Assembly: GCA_023231475.1 (NCBI GenBank)
Contig: JALJEE010000735.1
Span: 62,001-126,000 of the forward strand
From: Seison nebaliae
Taxonomy: Eukaryota
DNA: 64,000 nt
Direction: 5' to 3'
In this document: in pieces, positions 1 to 12,796 of the stretch
How positions within the stretch are numbered: position 1 is the stretch's first letter
Layout of the letters: every line of letters begins with the position of its first letter
Translations under genes and position numbers: made by a program
Notes under the pieces: generated by a model
The model's database searches: none
The model's input: the letters and a program-made list of their open reading frames with translations, nothing else
Told to the model about the DNA's origin: nothing

Positions 1-1249
1 AATATTGAAAGAAATCCAATATGCAAATGTGATCGAATGTTGTGGATTATTGAGATTAATTGTGGATAAGAGACATTCCCGAATTCAATTATATGAATTA
101 GATGTGTTGAATAATTCGATGAATATTTTGTCGATAAGTGATCAATATCCATATCGATATAAAACGGATAAAACTAAAAATATGGAAATAAACAAAATAG
201 TTGGGAAGAATTCGATGATGGATCTTTTAAGAAATGAGGAACATATTCGAATAAAAGAATCATCAATATTACAAAGTGTTATGAGAATTCGATCGAGTTT
301 ATATTCTACCATCAATAATTTATTTGAGGAGAAGAATCGATCTTTCGTTACTACACCAACATTCACGTTAAATAATTGTGAGGGTGGATCCGATTCATTC
401 GCTTTAGCCAATAAACAATTCTTTTCAAATCAAAACATTTTTCTCACAGTCAGTTCTCAATTACATTTGGAATGTTTGGCAAATTCGTTAGGAGATTGTT
501 ATACTGTGGGACGAGTTTTCCGTTCAGAAAAATCATTGACGAGAAAACATCTCGCTGAATTTGATATGTTGGAAATGGAATTTCAAAATATTGATTCGTT
601 ACCCGATTTAATGGAGAAGATCGAAGAGGATTTGAAAGATATAATTCGAAGAGTTATGTTAAAGAAAGAAAAGGATCTGATTAATGCCTTATCTAATTCA
701 TCCGGATCCACAACAGAAAAAATTAAGAATTTAAAAAATTTATTAAATGAACCATTTATTCGATTAAGTTATGAGGAATCCATCAACATATTGAGAGAGA
801 AATGTAAATTATCAATTTCAGTAGGTGATGATATTGGTGGGAAAGAAGAAAAAGAATTATTCAAATATCTTCCATCAAACATCAGTGGAATATTCATTTA
901 TCGATGGCGAAAGGAAATGAAATCATTTTATATGAAATCTTCAGAAGGAAATGGAGAATTCGTTGAAAATGTCGACTTAATTCTAAAGAACGGTGGCGAA
1001 GTAGTTGGAGGAAGTCTGAGAGAAACGAATTATGAACAATTATTGATGAATCTCAATATCGAGAAAATGAAGGAAAAAGAATTGAAGAAATTGTCAATAT
1101 ATTGGTATCTGCAATTAAGACGATGTGGATTAACTAATGTTGGGGGATATGGAATGGGAATTGATCGACTTCTCTTGATATTAACTGGAATGACGACGAT
1201 TCGCGATGTTGTTCCATTTCCTCGCTTTTATAATAATTGTAAAAATTAA
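1..1249 (+). CDS. NARS2: Asparaginyl-tRNA synthetase, probably mitochondrial type; 5' end lies outside the window; no introns in the visible part
   Basis: Class IIb aaRS motifs: FLTVSSQLHLE, FRSEKSLTRKHLAEFDMLEME (motif 2), GEVVGGSLRE, YWYLQLRR, GYGMGIDRLL..RDVVPFPRF (motif 3). LTVS.QLHLE and the FPRF..C ending resemble mitochondrial/bacterial-type AsnRS more than cytosolic NARS1. Confidence 0.85.
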   Translation, partial: ILKEIQYANVIECCGLLRLIVDKRHSRIQLYELDVLNNSMNILSISDQYPYRYKTDKTKNMEINKIVGKNSMMDLLRNEEHIRIKESSILQSVMRIRSSLYSTINNLFEEKNRSFVTTPTFTLNNCEGGSDSFALANKQFFSNQNIFLTVSSQLHLECLANSLGDCYTVGRVFRSEKSLTRKHLAEFDMLEMEFQNIDSLPDLMEKIEEDLKDIIRRVMLKKEKDLINALSNSSGSTTEKIKNLKNLLNEPFIRLSYEESINILREKCKLSISVGDDIGGKEEKELFKYLPSNISGIFIYRWRKEMKSFYMKSSEGNGEFVENVDLILKNGGEVVGGSLRETNYEQLLMNLNIEKMKEKELKKLSIYWYLQLRRCGLTNVGGYGMGIDRLLLILTGMTTIRDVVPFPRFYNNCKN

Positions 1250-1835
1250 AATTTATTGTTATAATTAAATAATTATTATATTTAATTGTTTTTTCTGAAT
1301 TTTACAAAAAATTTGAAATTGTAAAATTATTGAAAATTAGTTAATTTTAATTTCGCGAAATTTTAAAAGAAAAAATTTTTTTCAATATTAACTTTTGATG
1401 AATTAAGAATGAATTGAAGGCTTTTATCAATTGAGTTTATGAAAAATATATCAATTAAAAAAAATATCAACATTTCTTTAAATAGTCTACCTTTAGAAAA
1501 TATTTTCAAAAAATCCAGATTCAAAAGTTCTTTAATGTCATTTAATCGAAAATTAGAACATATCGATTAATATAAATATTAAGCTTTACTATTGGATCTA
1601 ATTTTATATTGAAAATAAAATTAATAAATAAAATAAAGAAAAACCATACAATGGCTAAGCTTATTTACTTCGATATTTCCGATAACATAGCATGGTAGAT
1701 ATTGGTTTGTTGAATGAAGCTTACATTTTTGAAACTAAATTCTGCTATTTTCAAGCAGAAGCTAAAAGAGTTTTTCCTTCTCAGAAAACACATTGTGTTA
1801 ACTTTTAAATTTTAAATAGAGAATATTAGATTGAG

Positions 1836-3950
1836 ATGGACACTTCCGAAGGAGATGTTGAAGATGACAATTCGGAGTCCAACGAAGATATAATAAATTC
1901 ATCGGTCGAAATTCATCGTAGCGCGCGACGGCGACATCATATGGATACGGCTTTCATCTTCCTCAACAATCATCCATTCTCACCATTATCAGGAAAAAAA
2001 AAGAAACGAGAATTTAGAGTCGATTATATTACCTTTCAAGATTACTGCAAGGATCTTGGCAGTGATTATGATGGTGATACTTTCGACGACTATTTGGATT
2101 ATTTGAGTGATCAAGAAAGAAATTCCAGTGATGACAATGATAATGAAAATGAGAATGACAGTTCCGAAGATGATGATACGGATGATGAGGATGATGAAGA
2201 TGAAACGGATGAAGAAAGTGAAAATGAAAAGAACGATAATACAGATGAGAAAATGGTTGATGATAAAAATTTACCGATAAACGATGTGAGTAATGATGGT
2301 AAAAATGTGGTTATAAATGATGATAATAAAAATGTAGATATAAATGATGATGGTAATGATGATATTTCAATTGGAAAAAAAACTGACGACTCAAAATTGA
2401 TTGAAGAGAAAATGGAAAATGAGAAATGTAAAGCGAAACCGGAAGAATGTCCAATATGTTTTCGACCGTTCTCTCCCAACGGACACGCCACTTGTTCGTT
2501 AAGATGTGGTCATGTGTTTGGATATCCATGTGTTGTCAAATTGAAAGATTCGAGTCGATATGGTACGCAATTCAAATGTCCCAATTGTCGTGATCGTTCC
2601 AGTATGTCTGATGTAAGAATGATTTATTTTGGAACACCTCAAATGGAAGTGACAGCAAATGCGACATCAGAAAAAATAAAGAAATTAAAGAATGAAAATA
2701 AAGAATTGAGTTTTGCTTATCATTCTCTACGAAAACAGAAGAATAATATAGAGAGATTGCATGAGAAAGAATTGAATAAGAAGAAAATGATAAAATTTTC
2801 GTTAGATAAGAATATTTGCAAGAATTTCGTCCAATATAAGACGACGATTGATTTGTCAAAAGAAGATTGTGGAGAAGCGAAATTCATTGAATATGACAAA
2901 TATAATTTGGAATTAGTTATCGCACAAGAAATTTTTCCACCAAATGGTATTCCTTTCGATCAGACTTGGGGAGTGAAATGTATCGATTTATTGACGATGG
3001 AACCGACAAGTATCATATCTCTCCATTCGAAAAAGATGATAGATATGCAGATTTGTCCATTGGAACCCGATCAAATTCTCACTATTGGACGTGATTCCAT
3101 TTTTCAAATATTTTCTTCTCAAGAAAGAAACGGAAAAATCTGCGTTATGAATCATGGTCTAAAATCGAAATTTACCTCATGTTGCTGGTCGAGTGTTAAT
3201 GATAATCGTTTTCTAATTGGCGACAAGAATGGATCGATTCATTTATTTGATAAAAAATTCCCACGTCGTCCCATTTCATCATTAAATGTTTGTGATGGTC
3301 CCGTAATGAGAATGATTAATTCTAAAGTTAAAAATGATCATTCTTTTCTCGCAACTTCATTAACAAATGACATTTTTTCAATTGATTCGAACATGATAGA
3401 ATCTGAAAATTTGATTGAAAAGAAAGAGATCGAACAAGGAGAAGAAGAGTATCACAGGAATCGATATGATATCAATTCTACAACATTCCTTGAAGACAAC
3501 ATTTTTTTGGCGTATCGTCCCACAACATCTCGACAATTAAATGATCATATTCAATTTGAATTGATGGAAAGTGATTTACATGGAAATCATTTCAATTATT
3601 CTCTCAATGAGAAACGAATAATATCATCAACTGTTCCTATTAACAGTACAGGAAGATCAAAGTCGACATTAGTCAGAGAATCGAGAACATCACTTGGTAT
3701 TCATGCACATGGTGACGATGGAAATTTCCATATTTCAACATTTAACAGCGATTGTATCGATTATTCTTGGAAGTTTCCAACTCATGGACTTGTCCGCGAT
3801 ATTGGCATAATGCATTCAGATGAAAATATTCTCGAATCGATTATTCCTATAACAAAATCACATTTGTATGTGTATGATTTTCATGATTTGAAACAATGGG
3901 AACATCTTGATTCAACTCACATTCCTAAAACTGAAGACGAAATATTGTGA
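1836..3950 (+). CDS. RFWD3: RING-WD40 E3 ubiquitin ligase RFWD3-like, intronless, 704 aa
   Basis: Acidic disordered N-terminus, RING CPIC..SLRCGHVFGYPC..CPNC with the RFWD3-type CGHxFG signature, a coiled coil, then WD40-like repeats (SLHSKKMIDMQ, TSCCWS..FLIGDKNGSIHLFD). Confidence 0.85.
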   Translation: MDTSEGDVEDDNSESNEDIINSSVEIHRSARRRHHMDTAFIFLNNHPFSPLSGKKKKREFRVDYITFQDYCKDLGSDYDGDTFDDYLDYLSDQERNSSDDNDNENENDSSEDDDTDDEDDEDETDEESENEKNDNTDEKMVDDKNLPINDVSNDGKNVVINDDNKNVDINDDGNDDISIGKKTDDSKLIEEKMENEKCKAKPEECPICFRPFSPNGHATCSLRCGHVFGYPCVVKLKDSSRYGTQFKCPNCRDRSSMSDVRMIYFGTPQMEVTANATSEKIKKLKNENKELSFAYHSLRKQKNNIERLHEKELNKKKMIKFSLDKNICKNFVQYKTTIDLSKEDCGEAKFIEYDKYNLELVIAQEIFPPNGIPFDQTWGVKCIDLLTMEPTSIISLHSKKMIDMQICPLEPDQILTIGRDSIFQIFSSQERNGKICVMNHGLKSKFTSCCWSSVNDNRFLIGDKNGSIHLFDKKFPRRPISSLNVCDGPVMRMINSKVKNDHSFLATSLTNDIFSIDSNMIESENLIEKKEIEQGEEEYHRNRYDINSTTFLEDNIFLAYRPTTSRQLNDHIQFELMESDLHGNHFNYSLNEKRIISSTVPINSTGRSKSTLVRESRTSLGIHAHGDDGNFHISTFNSDCIDYSWKFPTHGLVRDIGIMHSDENILESIIPITKSHLYVYDFHDLKQWEHLDSTHIPKTEDEIL

Positions 3951-4011
3951 CAATTTGATTGTATTGACTATTTTGTTTTGAATTGTCAATTACTAATTTT
4001 TCTAATTTCAA

Positions 4012-4620
4012 TCAAATAAATTTATTACTTAAACTTTTGAAAATATTTCTCATCGTTAAATTTTCATCTATAGTATGGGACTCATTATCATCTAAAGAAA
4101 ATTGGAAAAAAAAGATAATTAAAATTGAGAAATAAATTAACTTTCAGTATTATCATCAGAATCTTCGTAAATTTCTTCAACAATATTTTGATTTTCATTC
4201 TTCAATTCTTGCTCTATAAAATTTATTAATTTATGAAGGGAAATGAAAGAACTTTTCTTTAAATTTCTTTGATGGAAACGAATACCCATAAAAACAATAA
4301 TAGTTATCGCTGTCAAACCGGCAGCAATGTAAATATAAACATTTTTATTTTTTCCATTTGCTTCTTCACTTTATATGAATTGTATTTGATTAATAGAAAA
4401 AATTTCAAACTTCCTTTGTCCTTCTCTTCCGACGTTTGGTTTGTCATTAATTTTGTTGTTTTATCTATTATATTAATCCAAGTAAACGGAAAAGTTGTTG
4501 TTCTACTAGTTGTGGTAGTTGTTGTCGTAGTAGTAGTTGTTGTTGTTGTTCTCGTTGTTGTTGTTCTCGTTGTTGTCGTTGTTGTTGTTGTTGTTGTTGT
4601 CGTTGTTGTTGTTGTTCTCG

Positions 4621-4663
<43 letters not shown>

Positions 4664-6269
4664 CGTTGTTGTTGTTGATTTCGTAGTTGCTAATAAATTA
4701 ATAAACAGTTAACTATTTTATATTTAGCAATTCTCACATTTTTTGTAGGAAAAAAATTCGATGATTAAAAATTTAAAATTGGCATAATCAAGTATAGAAC
4801 TTACTTTTTTAACAACATAGTTAGTCTAATAGATAAATATAAATCGATAATTTAAAGCAGCTGTCTTATTTCTCTCATCTGTACACTCTATATTGAATCA
4901 ACCAATAAATATATTTGTGCAATAACTATTTTGTCTAACAACTGTCACAATTCTCAACTTTCATGGTGAGTGAAGATTTTGGTATAAAACTATAGTCACC
5001 GACCCACAATACAAGAAAGAAGATCAATAACTTGTAGAACTATCCGTAGGAGACGTTTTTGTTGTTGTACTTATCGTAAAAATCGTGACTGGTTTTATTG
5101 TTATCTTGGATGTTGTTGTGGGAACAACGACTGTAGGTGCTTCAGTAATTAGTGTTATATTACCGTTGTTCTCAGTAGTTGCAAGATGTTCAATGACGGT
5201 TGGCCGACTAATACTTTGAATAGGATTTGTCACTTCAGTTGTTAACTGTCCTATAACTGCTGTTGAAGTTACAAATTTTAATGTCGGTTGTAATGGAGAA
5301 TGATTTGTCATATTGGAAATTTCCAAAATTTTAATTTTCTCTGTGATATTTGGTCCGGTTGAATTAATAGAAATATCAATCATTTCGTTATTCTTATTAT
5401 ACGTTAAGTCAATTTGTTCGGTGTCGATCAACTTGGACGTTATCGTTGAATTAGCTAAATAATATGGTTTTGTTCCGGTTTTATTATTTATAATATCCTT
5501 GGATATATTTGATGCTTGTTTAGTTGGTGGGTTATTAATAGATCTATTAACGTATTGTGTTTTTCGTTGCCATTCAATTAAAGCTTCATCTTTCTTCGCT
5601 AAGTATGAATTTTGAGTTTCATCTTAAAAAAATTGATGGAATTGAAAATTTTATAAAATGATTAACCATTCTCTATGTCAGATTCATGCGGTCTATTTGG
5701 TAGATGTAAATATTCATAAACTGCAAAAGATGCATCAGTGGTAGTACTTACATCCACTTCTTTCTTAGTTGATGCGAAAAAATCAATTATATCATTCAAT
5801 TCGTTACTACTTGTAAAGAGAATAATAACGGATCGACATTAGAATAATTCACAGAAACTTGTCATCATATCGACTATCAATAGTCGTCGAAGTAGTTTCT
5901 GTTGTCGTTTTCAAAGTTTCTTTAAGAATACTTGTTGTCTTATTGAGCAATGTTAAATTATTCTGCATGAAGATTCTCGTTAATATTCCCATAAATTCTT
6001 TGCTGTATAAATTTTAAATTATATTGTTATTTCTTAAATTTAAAAAGATAAAACGTTTCGTTGCCAATTTTCATCTTAGGTTTATCGTTCAATTTTTTTC
6101 TTTGCTTCATATCCGAAGAATTTTCCGTTTGAAGAGTTTCGTTATCGGTTAGTATCATATCCAAAAGTAAATTAGTTTCATTTTTAATTAAAGAATTACG
6201 GTAAATAATTGATCGAGGGAAAATATGAGAAATTTTATTCAAAATCAATAAAAATGGAATGAAATTCAT
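4012..6269 (-). CDS. Orphan Thr-rich mucin-like type I membrane protein (~544 aa, 8 exons: 6269-6055, 6002-5859, 5809-5667, 5622-5032, 4689-4411, 4363-4253, 4213-4142, 4091-4012)
   Basis: Manual splicing at GT-AG introns gives one open frame of 1635 nt: hydrophobic N-terminus, Thr/Pro-rich region with a poly-Thr tract, TM segment VYIYIAAGLTAITIIVFMGI, basic stop-transfer RFHQRNLKK and an acidic tail. No homology recognised. Confidence 0.7.
4494..4689 (-). repeat. Coding (ACA)n/(GTT)n trinucleotide tract encoding poly-Thr with interspersed Arg
   Basis: Near-pure gtt repeats on + strand, in frame as ACA (Thr) within exon 5 of the mucin-like gene. Confidence 0.9.
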
Positions 6270-6497
6270 CGATGATTAAAATGGAAATTGTTTCTTTTCA
6301 TCTCAAATTCTATTTATAATCACATATTGATTGACTATGATCTCATTGAAAAGAATGCACTTCAAAAAAGAAATTCAATTCACATATTGAGTATCCAAAT
6401 TATATTGGTTGTCTACATATTGATTGTCAAGATTTGGAGTTTCTAAAAAAAGAAATGAAAGAACACATTTCGTCTAGTAGACAATAGGAATATGAAT

Positions 6498-7368
6498 CTA
6501 ACTTACTTTATCTTCTTCGTATTTAACGTAAACATTTTTCATTCCTAAACAAAAGATTTATCATCCATCTAAATTCAAACAATTGTAACTTCGTTTAAGA
6601 CTATGAATCTTGTAAGTTGTTCCAACGATCATTAATACGATCAATAAAAGCATTACACATCCTATAATCACGTAATATTTATCTGTTGTTGAAATTAATA
6701 TGTGCTAATAATTTCCTTTTAGTGACATGTTAACTTTGGCTAGGTTGTTCGCTCATCAAGTTAATAGTTGTCATATTAGACACCGAATCATTCATTTGAT
6801 GAAGGAGATTTAGTGATTCATGTTTCTCTTGAATTATTCTTTTGAATATATTATCTAACAAAACATCTTGTTCAATTTCCTTATTACTGTTGGTTAAAAA
6901 AAATTTTTAAATGAATAAAGTGAAAAGTTTAATGATTAATTAACTCATTCCATATTGTATTGGCGACATTTTCATTTCTTATTCTCGTCGACATTTCCAC
7001 CAATTTACATTTTTTTAATTGACCATTGTTATATTTTATACAATGATTGTATCTATAAGTCAATATACATTCAATTATACAAAACATAAAATAATCGTTA
7101 TTAGAGTATCTCCACCAACAGTCAATACTGAAATTTTCATTTTGTCTCGGCAGATTAAGTTCATTGTCTAACCGGAGAAATTAGGTAATACTTTCTTATA
7201 TTAAACAATTTAACGAAAAGTTTTTGGGATAAAAAAATATGTTTCTTCAATAAGATCTTTGAACATATTTTCCAAATTAGACGATGATAAACTATTGACC
7301 TTCACCTTCAGTAATGAATATTTGTTAATTTGCATAATGGTCAGGAATATAACTAAAATGAAATCCAT
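6498..7368 (-). CDS. Orphan small single-pass membrane protein (~222 aa, 5 exons: 7368-7215, 7167-6945, 6886-6735, 6682-6590, 6544-6498); absent from the ORF track
   Basis: ATG followed by signal-like MDFILVIFLTIMQ. Four 45-58 nt GTT..AG introns restore a 669-nt frame with a Cys-containing ectodomain, TM YYVIIGCVMLLLIVLMIVGTTY and a short tail ending in TAG. Confidence 0.65.
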
Positions 7369-7777
7369 TTCCCTTAAACTGTAAAAATTTCCTTAAATTA
7401 CGAATTTAGAACTGAATCCGAGTAAAGCATAATCAATGTTTTTATTCAATTTATAATTTTTAAATTCATTTTTATATTTTTTTTAAATTTAACTTATAAC
7501 TCGGTTTGTTAAATTCCAGTTTTAGCAATCTCCAATAAATTTAAATAAAGAGAAATAAATAATATTTAACGTAATGCGCAGACGAATACAATTATCAATT
7601 GCAAAGTTTGATGTTAAAGATTTAACTTGTTCCAGGGGTTCCATGGGTTCCAGTTCTACTCCTTCCTTCTGTGACGGGAAAAAAACATTTGGTAGACCAA
7701 TAATTTCATATACAGCGTATAAAAAAATACGGTTATGTATTGTAACATTATGTATTGCGTTATAAATTGTGTATATT

Positions 7778-7964
7778 CCCTATCATACAAAATCAGGCTA
7801 AATAACGTCTAATTTTGAGGGTTTAAAAAAATCACTTTATTTAGCGTTTAAATTAAGTGTCTTTAGACCGAAAAGGTGACTAATTAATTATTAACGGTCT
7901 AATTAACCTCTAATTAAATACTCAGATGAGTACTTAAAATCAGACTTGTTTTTGTATGATAGGG
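7778..7964. mobile_element. 187-bp MITE-like element with perfect 15-bp terminal inverted repeats
   Basis: CCCTATCATACAAAA (7778-7792) and TTTTGTATGATAGGG (7950-7964); internal inverted pair TTAGACCG (7863-7870) / CGGTCTAA (7895-7902); flanked by TT on both sides. Confidence 0.7.
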
Positions 7965-7980
7965 TTATTATGTATGTATT

Positions 7981-8880
7981 GTGTTAGAAAGGAAGAAAGG
8001 TAGTAACCCTCGATGGATCTTTATACTATTTTCAAAGGTTTATAAGGATGGGAGTTCAGTGTACTATTGTGAAGGAAAAAATACAACAACAAAATGTCCA
8101 GGAAAGCTGGACGATCAAATTATACGTTCCCAATCTCAAGTCAACCATTCTCATCTACCTGTTCATGAAAAAATAAGAAATCTAGATTTTCTAACTAAAC
8201 AAATTCTAGATCACGGTATTTTAGAAACTAAACAAACGATGAAAAGTAACATAAATAGAGTGCGACAGAAGGTAAATAAAAACACAATATATGAAAACTT
8301 GAAGACCAAATGATTGGAAGATGTAACAATAATATGGAATATCGCTGATATCGAAGAACGCCGAGAGAAAGCGGCTGAATGGTTTTGCGATGGCACTTTC
8401 AAAACCTGGACTATAGTAACACTCCAATTCTCATCCTAATGAAGAACAGAAGTCACCTACCAAGCAGTTATCCAACAAATGAAGGAAACCAAGGAATCGT
8501 CACCAAATATCATATATATCACCCATAGTATTGAAGGGTATGTTAAAATACTGATCGATTATGTAAGAAGTTTGTGTTAGAAATATGAGAAGTGTGGAAG
8601 TTAGATTCGGTAATTTTGTCGGTGCTAAAAAAAACTTTTGTCAAAATGCTTTGCATAATTTGTGACGAATATGATCTAACGAGTTTGATGAAAGACCTCG
8701 AAAATCGATTGTTGAACCAAGAAAGATGGTGGAACTTTGGGAGTAATAGTCGAGAAAGATTGTGGGCCGGTTGATAACCGGCAACATTTGGACGGATTGA
8801 TGGAAAGTTTCCATTGGAAACACCTCGTGAGGAGAAAAGATAATCGTTGATATAATAATTTTAGTCCGCGGGGAGAACGA
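7981..8880 (+). pseudogene. Degenerate Mutator-like (MULE) transposase with an N-terminal FLYWCH/WRKY-like zinc finger
   Basis: YYCEGK..KCPGKL..NHSHLP is FLYWCH-like. AEWFCDGTFKT at ~8372-8406 matches the MULE first catalytic Asp motif (W..DGTFK). WWNF and ESFH-like fragments follow. Broken by stops and frameshifts. Confidence 0.75.
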
Positions 8881-11800
8881 TCATCAATATTGTCGTCTGC
8901 GTAAGTCATGGCTTGTGGGAACGAATTGCTTCGTTCATGTGGATGTCACATGATTCGTTCATCGATGACTAACCCAACAAAATAGGGACCAAGAATTAAG
9001 ACACAATAGACCTTGACGATATTTGGCTCTTTCTCGAGAAAGTATATATAAAATTGCATATCAAATTTTGGAAATTTAATTGTTTAATAATTTTATTATG
9101 CATATATATTATTTATTAATTTATTTATTAAATTACAAAGACCCTCTTAAATTCTTCTTGAATTAAATGTCATCCAGGAATATGGTAATGATTTGGGAAC
9201 CTTATATAGTAAATTGAATAGTAAAACCCGATTCTTCCATTCAGTTGGTCATTAAATTTTAAAAGAAAACTTGGCAAACTGAAAACAATTTATCCTATTC
9301 ATGTTTCTTTGAATTAAGTGACAATGAGATTAACATTTGTGAGATTAAGGCAAAATACTCTTTTATTTTGGATCGCAATGATTAACAATTTTCTATGGTT
9401 TACTGCTGTTTGACCACCTTTCCAATATGGCAATGTTGCTTACTGTTAGAAGATTGTCCAAACACATGTGCTTGTGATTTTCGATAAATCCGGATATGGT
9501 CCCCCTGGGATATATTGAAAAACATTTGAAAATTTATGTTCAACATTTATTTTTATTCCTAGGTAATAAGAGAAGTAAATTTTTTCTGAGAAGGTAATTA
9601 TTATAAGAAGATTATTCATTCAAGGCATTGTGTATTTATTATATTTCATCGATTAATGAAGTAAATACATAAAAACTTTAAACTAGCAACTATAATCCAA
9701 TATATCTATGCATCTATAATATAAAATACAATCTTATTTTATCATTCTCTTCTTTATACTATTATTCTATTTTTTTATTATTATTTATTATCAAAATTCT
9801 CGTCGCTATAAATAAGAAAAAATATTAAAAAAATTCCGATCATCATCAACGTTGATCAAGTGGTGCAAGTCGATAAGAGTCTCTTGATAAGTCAAAAGAT
9901 ACAATTGTCATTTAGTTCTTCCAAATGGACTTAACCACACAAGATTATCTCAACAATTATCTGAATACACAAGAATTTAGTTTTAAAAATTCAAGCTTCA
10001 TCTATTAATTTAAAAATTTTAAATTCATTATCTCATAAAACAAACTTGCTAAATGATTTCACAGAATATATTGACATATGTTCAGAGTTTTTAAGGAACT
10101 GAACAAACTTGTTTAATAGTTGTGACAAAACAAATTAGAATCTGACGCGTTTCACTTGAAAGAGAGAGGAGAAAATGGAGAGAGATTTGAATCAAAACTA
10201 CTAACGTCTTGAAGATTAGGTGAATAAGAATATATCTTAATTATTAATTGTCATCAATAATCTGAACGATCTTCCTCTCTTCTCAATGATCCGATTAATT
10301 GCGTGTTATTTTGAACGTTTAAAATTTGGATTATATAATAATAGGATTGTCCCTGATATTTTAAAGATTGTCTATTATCTATGACTGATACTTCTTGCTC
10401 TGTCTCTCTCTCTCGCCCTCTTTCTTCTTATTTTATTTGATTGTCCATTAAATTAGATGATCGTCAACATTGATCTGAGGTTCGATTAAATAAAATATTT
10501 TAATCTGAAGAGTTATTCATTTTTAATTTGGAATTTGAATGATCATCGTTAAGTTGTATTGTGTGGAATGAATGAGAATGTAGGAGGTAGAAGAGAGAAG
10601 TCAATTAAGTAGATTGGAAGCAGAATTAGATAATCTCAAAGAATCTAATTTAAATATTTTATTAAAATTAGTACGTCAACGTTGACAGGATGATTAACAT
10701 CAAGTTTATCACTCCAATTTTTCCTCTCCGATAGATGAAGAATATCATCTTCAGAAGGAAGAGTGGAGTCGATATCTTATGTTATGCAACATTCATCGTT
10801 GTAATGAGAAATGAATAATGATTATCAGGAAGGATGGAAGCAAACGAGAAAGTGTATTTCTAATAAATTTACTTATTCCATCCTCATCCAACAACGATCG
10901 ATCTGCCTTCTTCGTTTGTGCATTCTCGATATAATTTAGTGCATAATAATGATGAGTGTCTAATACCCAATTATTTCGACTCGTTCCTCTTAATGAGGAG
11001 AAGGAGAACGTGACTTTAATTCAAATTCGTTTTTTTCAACGAATCGAACAGATAAGATATCAATAATGCGCGATAATAATGATGCGTTTCTATGAAACAA
11101 ATTAATAATTTCCATTTGTTCATTTCGTAGAGTGGAGTCCGATAAATATCAATCGTCTGAGATAAACGAATGACTGATTCTTTAATATTTTTAATTATTG
11201 GAGGGCAGATAAGCGACTTTAAGCAGGAGAAGATAGATAAAAAAAAGAATTTGATGGAGGGAGAACAATCAGGATAAACGTAACGGAGCGGAGATAGACT
11301 ATTGGAATCACTCGTGTAGAAATATAGATTGTTGTTCGTTGTTATCTATGAGTTGTTTCTGTTTTTCGTCGACTTTAATGACGACAACTGACAAAAAATC
11401 GATGTTCGATTATTCGTTAGACTCAAAACACATCTCCATTTGAGTTCGATTATCAATCCTCATTTTTCAGTGTAGTTATGCCACAACAGTCATAGTTGCT
11501 ACGATTAGGGAAACTTCTCCCCATTTTATTCCTTTAGTGTTACTCTTTTTTTGAAAGATTGACACTTCATTTTCTCTAAATAGGACAGTTCGATCCTCAA
11601 TCATCTTCTTTTCATTTTCTATTAATTTATCTTCTACATTCTCCTGGTGGAAGTTCTGAATGAATGAATTCATATGAAAAACTTAAAAGAAGAACAGATA
11701 AGAGATTGAGGTACTGATGATAAGTTTCCATTATTCAAAATTTTCTACTAACTTAAGAGCACAATTCAAATAAAGATTCTAAAATTTCAAGAATAAGAAA

Positions 11801-12796
11801 ATAATTTTCTTTCCCAACATCAGAGATCGGTTTTCGAAGATTATAATATAAGAAATTAAAATCATAGAATGAATTAATTTCGACTGTTATTACAGAAAGT
11901 AGAGGAGGCAACTAAAGAATAATGTTCCTTATCTTATCTGCTGCCAAATCGGTTGAATGATATGTCTCTTGTTCCGTTTGAACTCTTCAAATGAAAAATA
12001 AAAAAGAACCTCTTCTATATCTTATCTAATTCGAACATTTATTCTGATGTCGACATTCTCGATCTATATCACAATACTTGACAACGCGTAACCGTTCCCA
12101 TCGTAATGGATTTGGATGAATTCCTTCCTAATTATCTTTCAACGTTCATCATTTGAGATTGTCATCAGAAACCGCTGTTGTTTGTCCAACATTCTATTCT
12201 ATCGTCATTTCCACCGACAGCCTAAACAACTTTCTTCAACGATTATGCTTTCTAATGAATGAATGTCTCCTTATACTACTACTAGTCTGTTAGAAGATAA
12301 AAACGAATGATTCTCAATAATCATGATGTTCACTTGTGTAGGTCTATATCTCCTCATCCACTAATTACATTCGTGCTATCAAGATGAGGTCCTATTTGAA
12401 GTTTGCAATGACAATCAGGATAAATCTTCGTTGATTGTTGAACGAATCTACATTCAATTCCAAGTTCAGCATCGAAGGAAATTGAAAACGTGGTGTTTCC
12501 CGTTGGAGAAGTTTGCTCAATATTTCCTCAAATTTTCATTCCTCATTCACTTTCGTAAACTTATGCGTTTTATTCTATTTCTTCCCAGTTGAAACGATTA
12601 ATCTTTCTTTAAATGATCGAAATAGAAATTCTTATTTATTTTCTCATCTATCTAATATTACACGTCACTTCAACACAACTGATTCATGAAATCTCTTCAA
12701 AATTTGAAGAAATTTCTACGTTTATCTTTCTTGCTGAATGGAATGATGATTGAGGGTAGTTCTATTTCCTTACAAGTTCTGCTCTTATTTAGCTGA

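Noticed and set aside
4269..4712. Poly-Val ORF on + strand
   Set aside because: Antisense shadow of the poly-Thr exon of the minus-strand mucin-like gene.
7054..7086. Possible extra 33-nt GTT..TAG intron in the small TM gene
   Set aside because: It is in frame without stops and shorter than all other introns, so I treated it as coding and did not count it.
7632..9514. Possible short TIRs for the MULE remnant (ccaggggttccatg / tatggtccccctgg)
   Set aside because: Match is short and imperfect with no identifiable TSD.
11476..11673. 65-aa minus-strand ORF
   Set aside because: No motif and no convincing splice partners; expected by chance.
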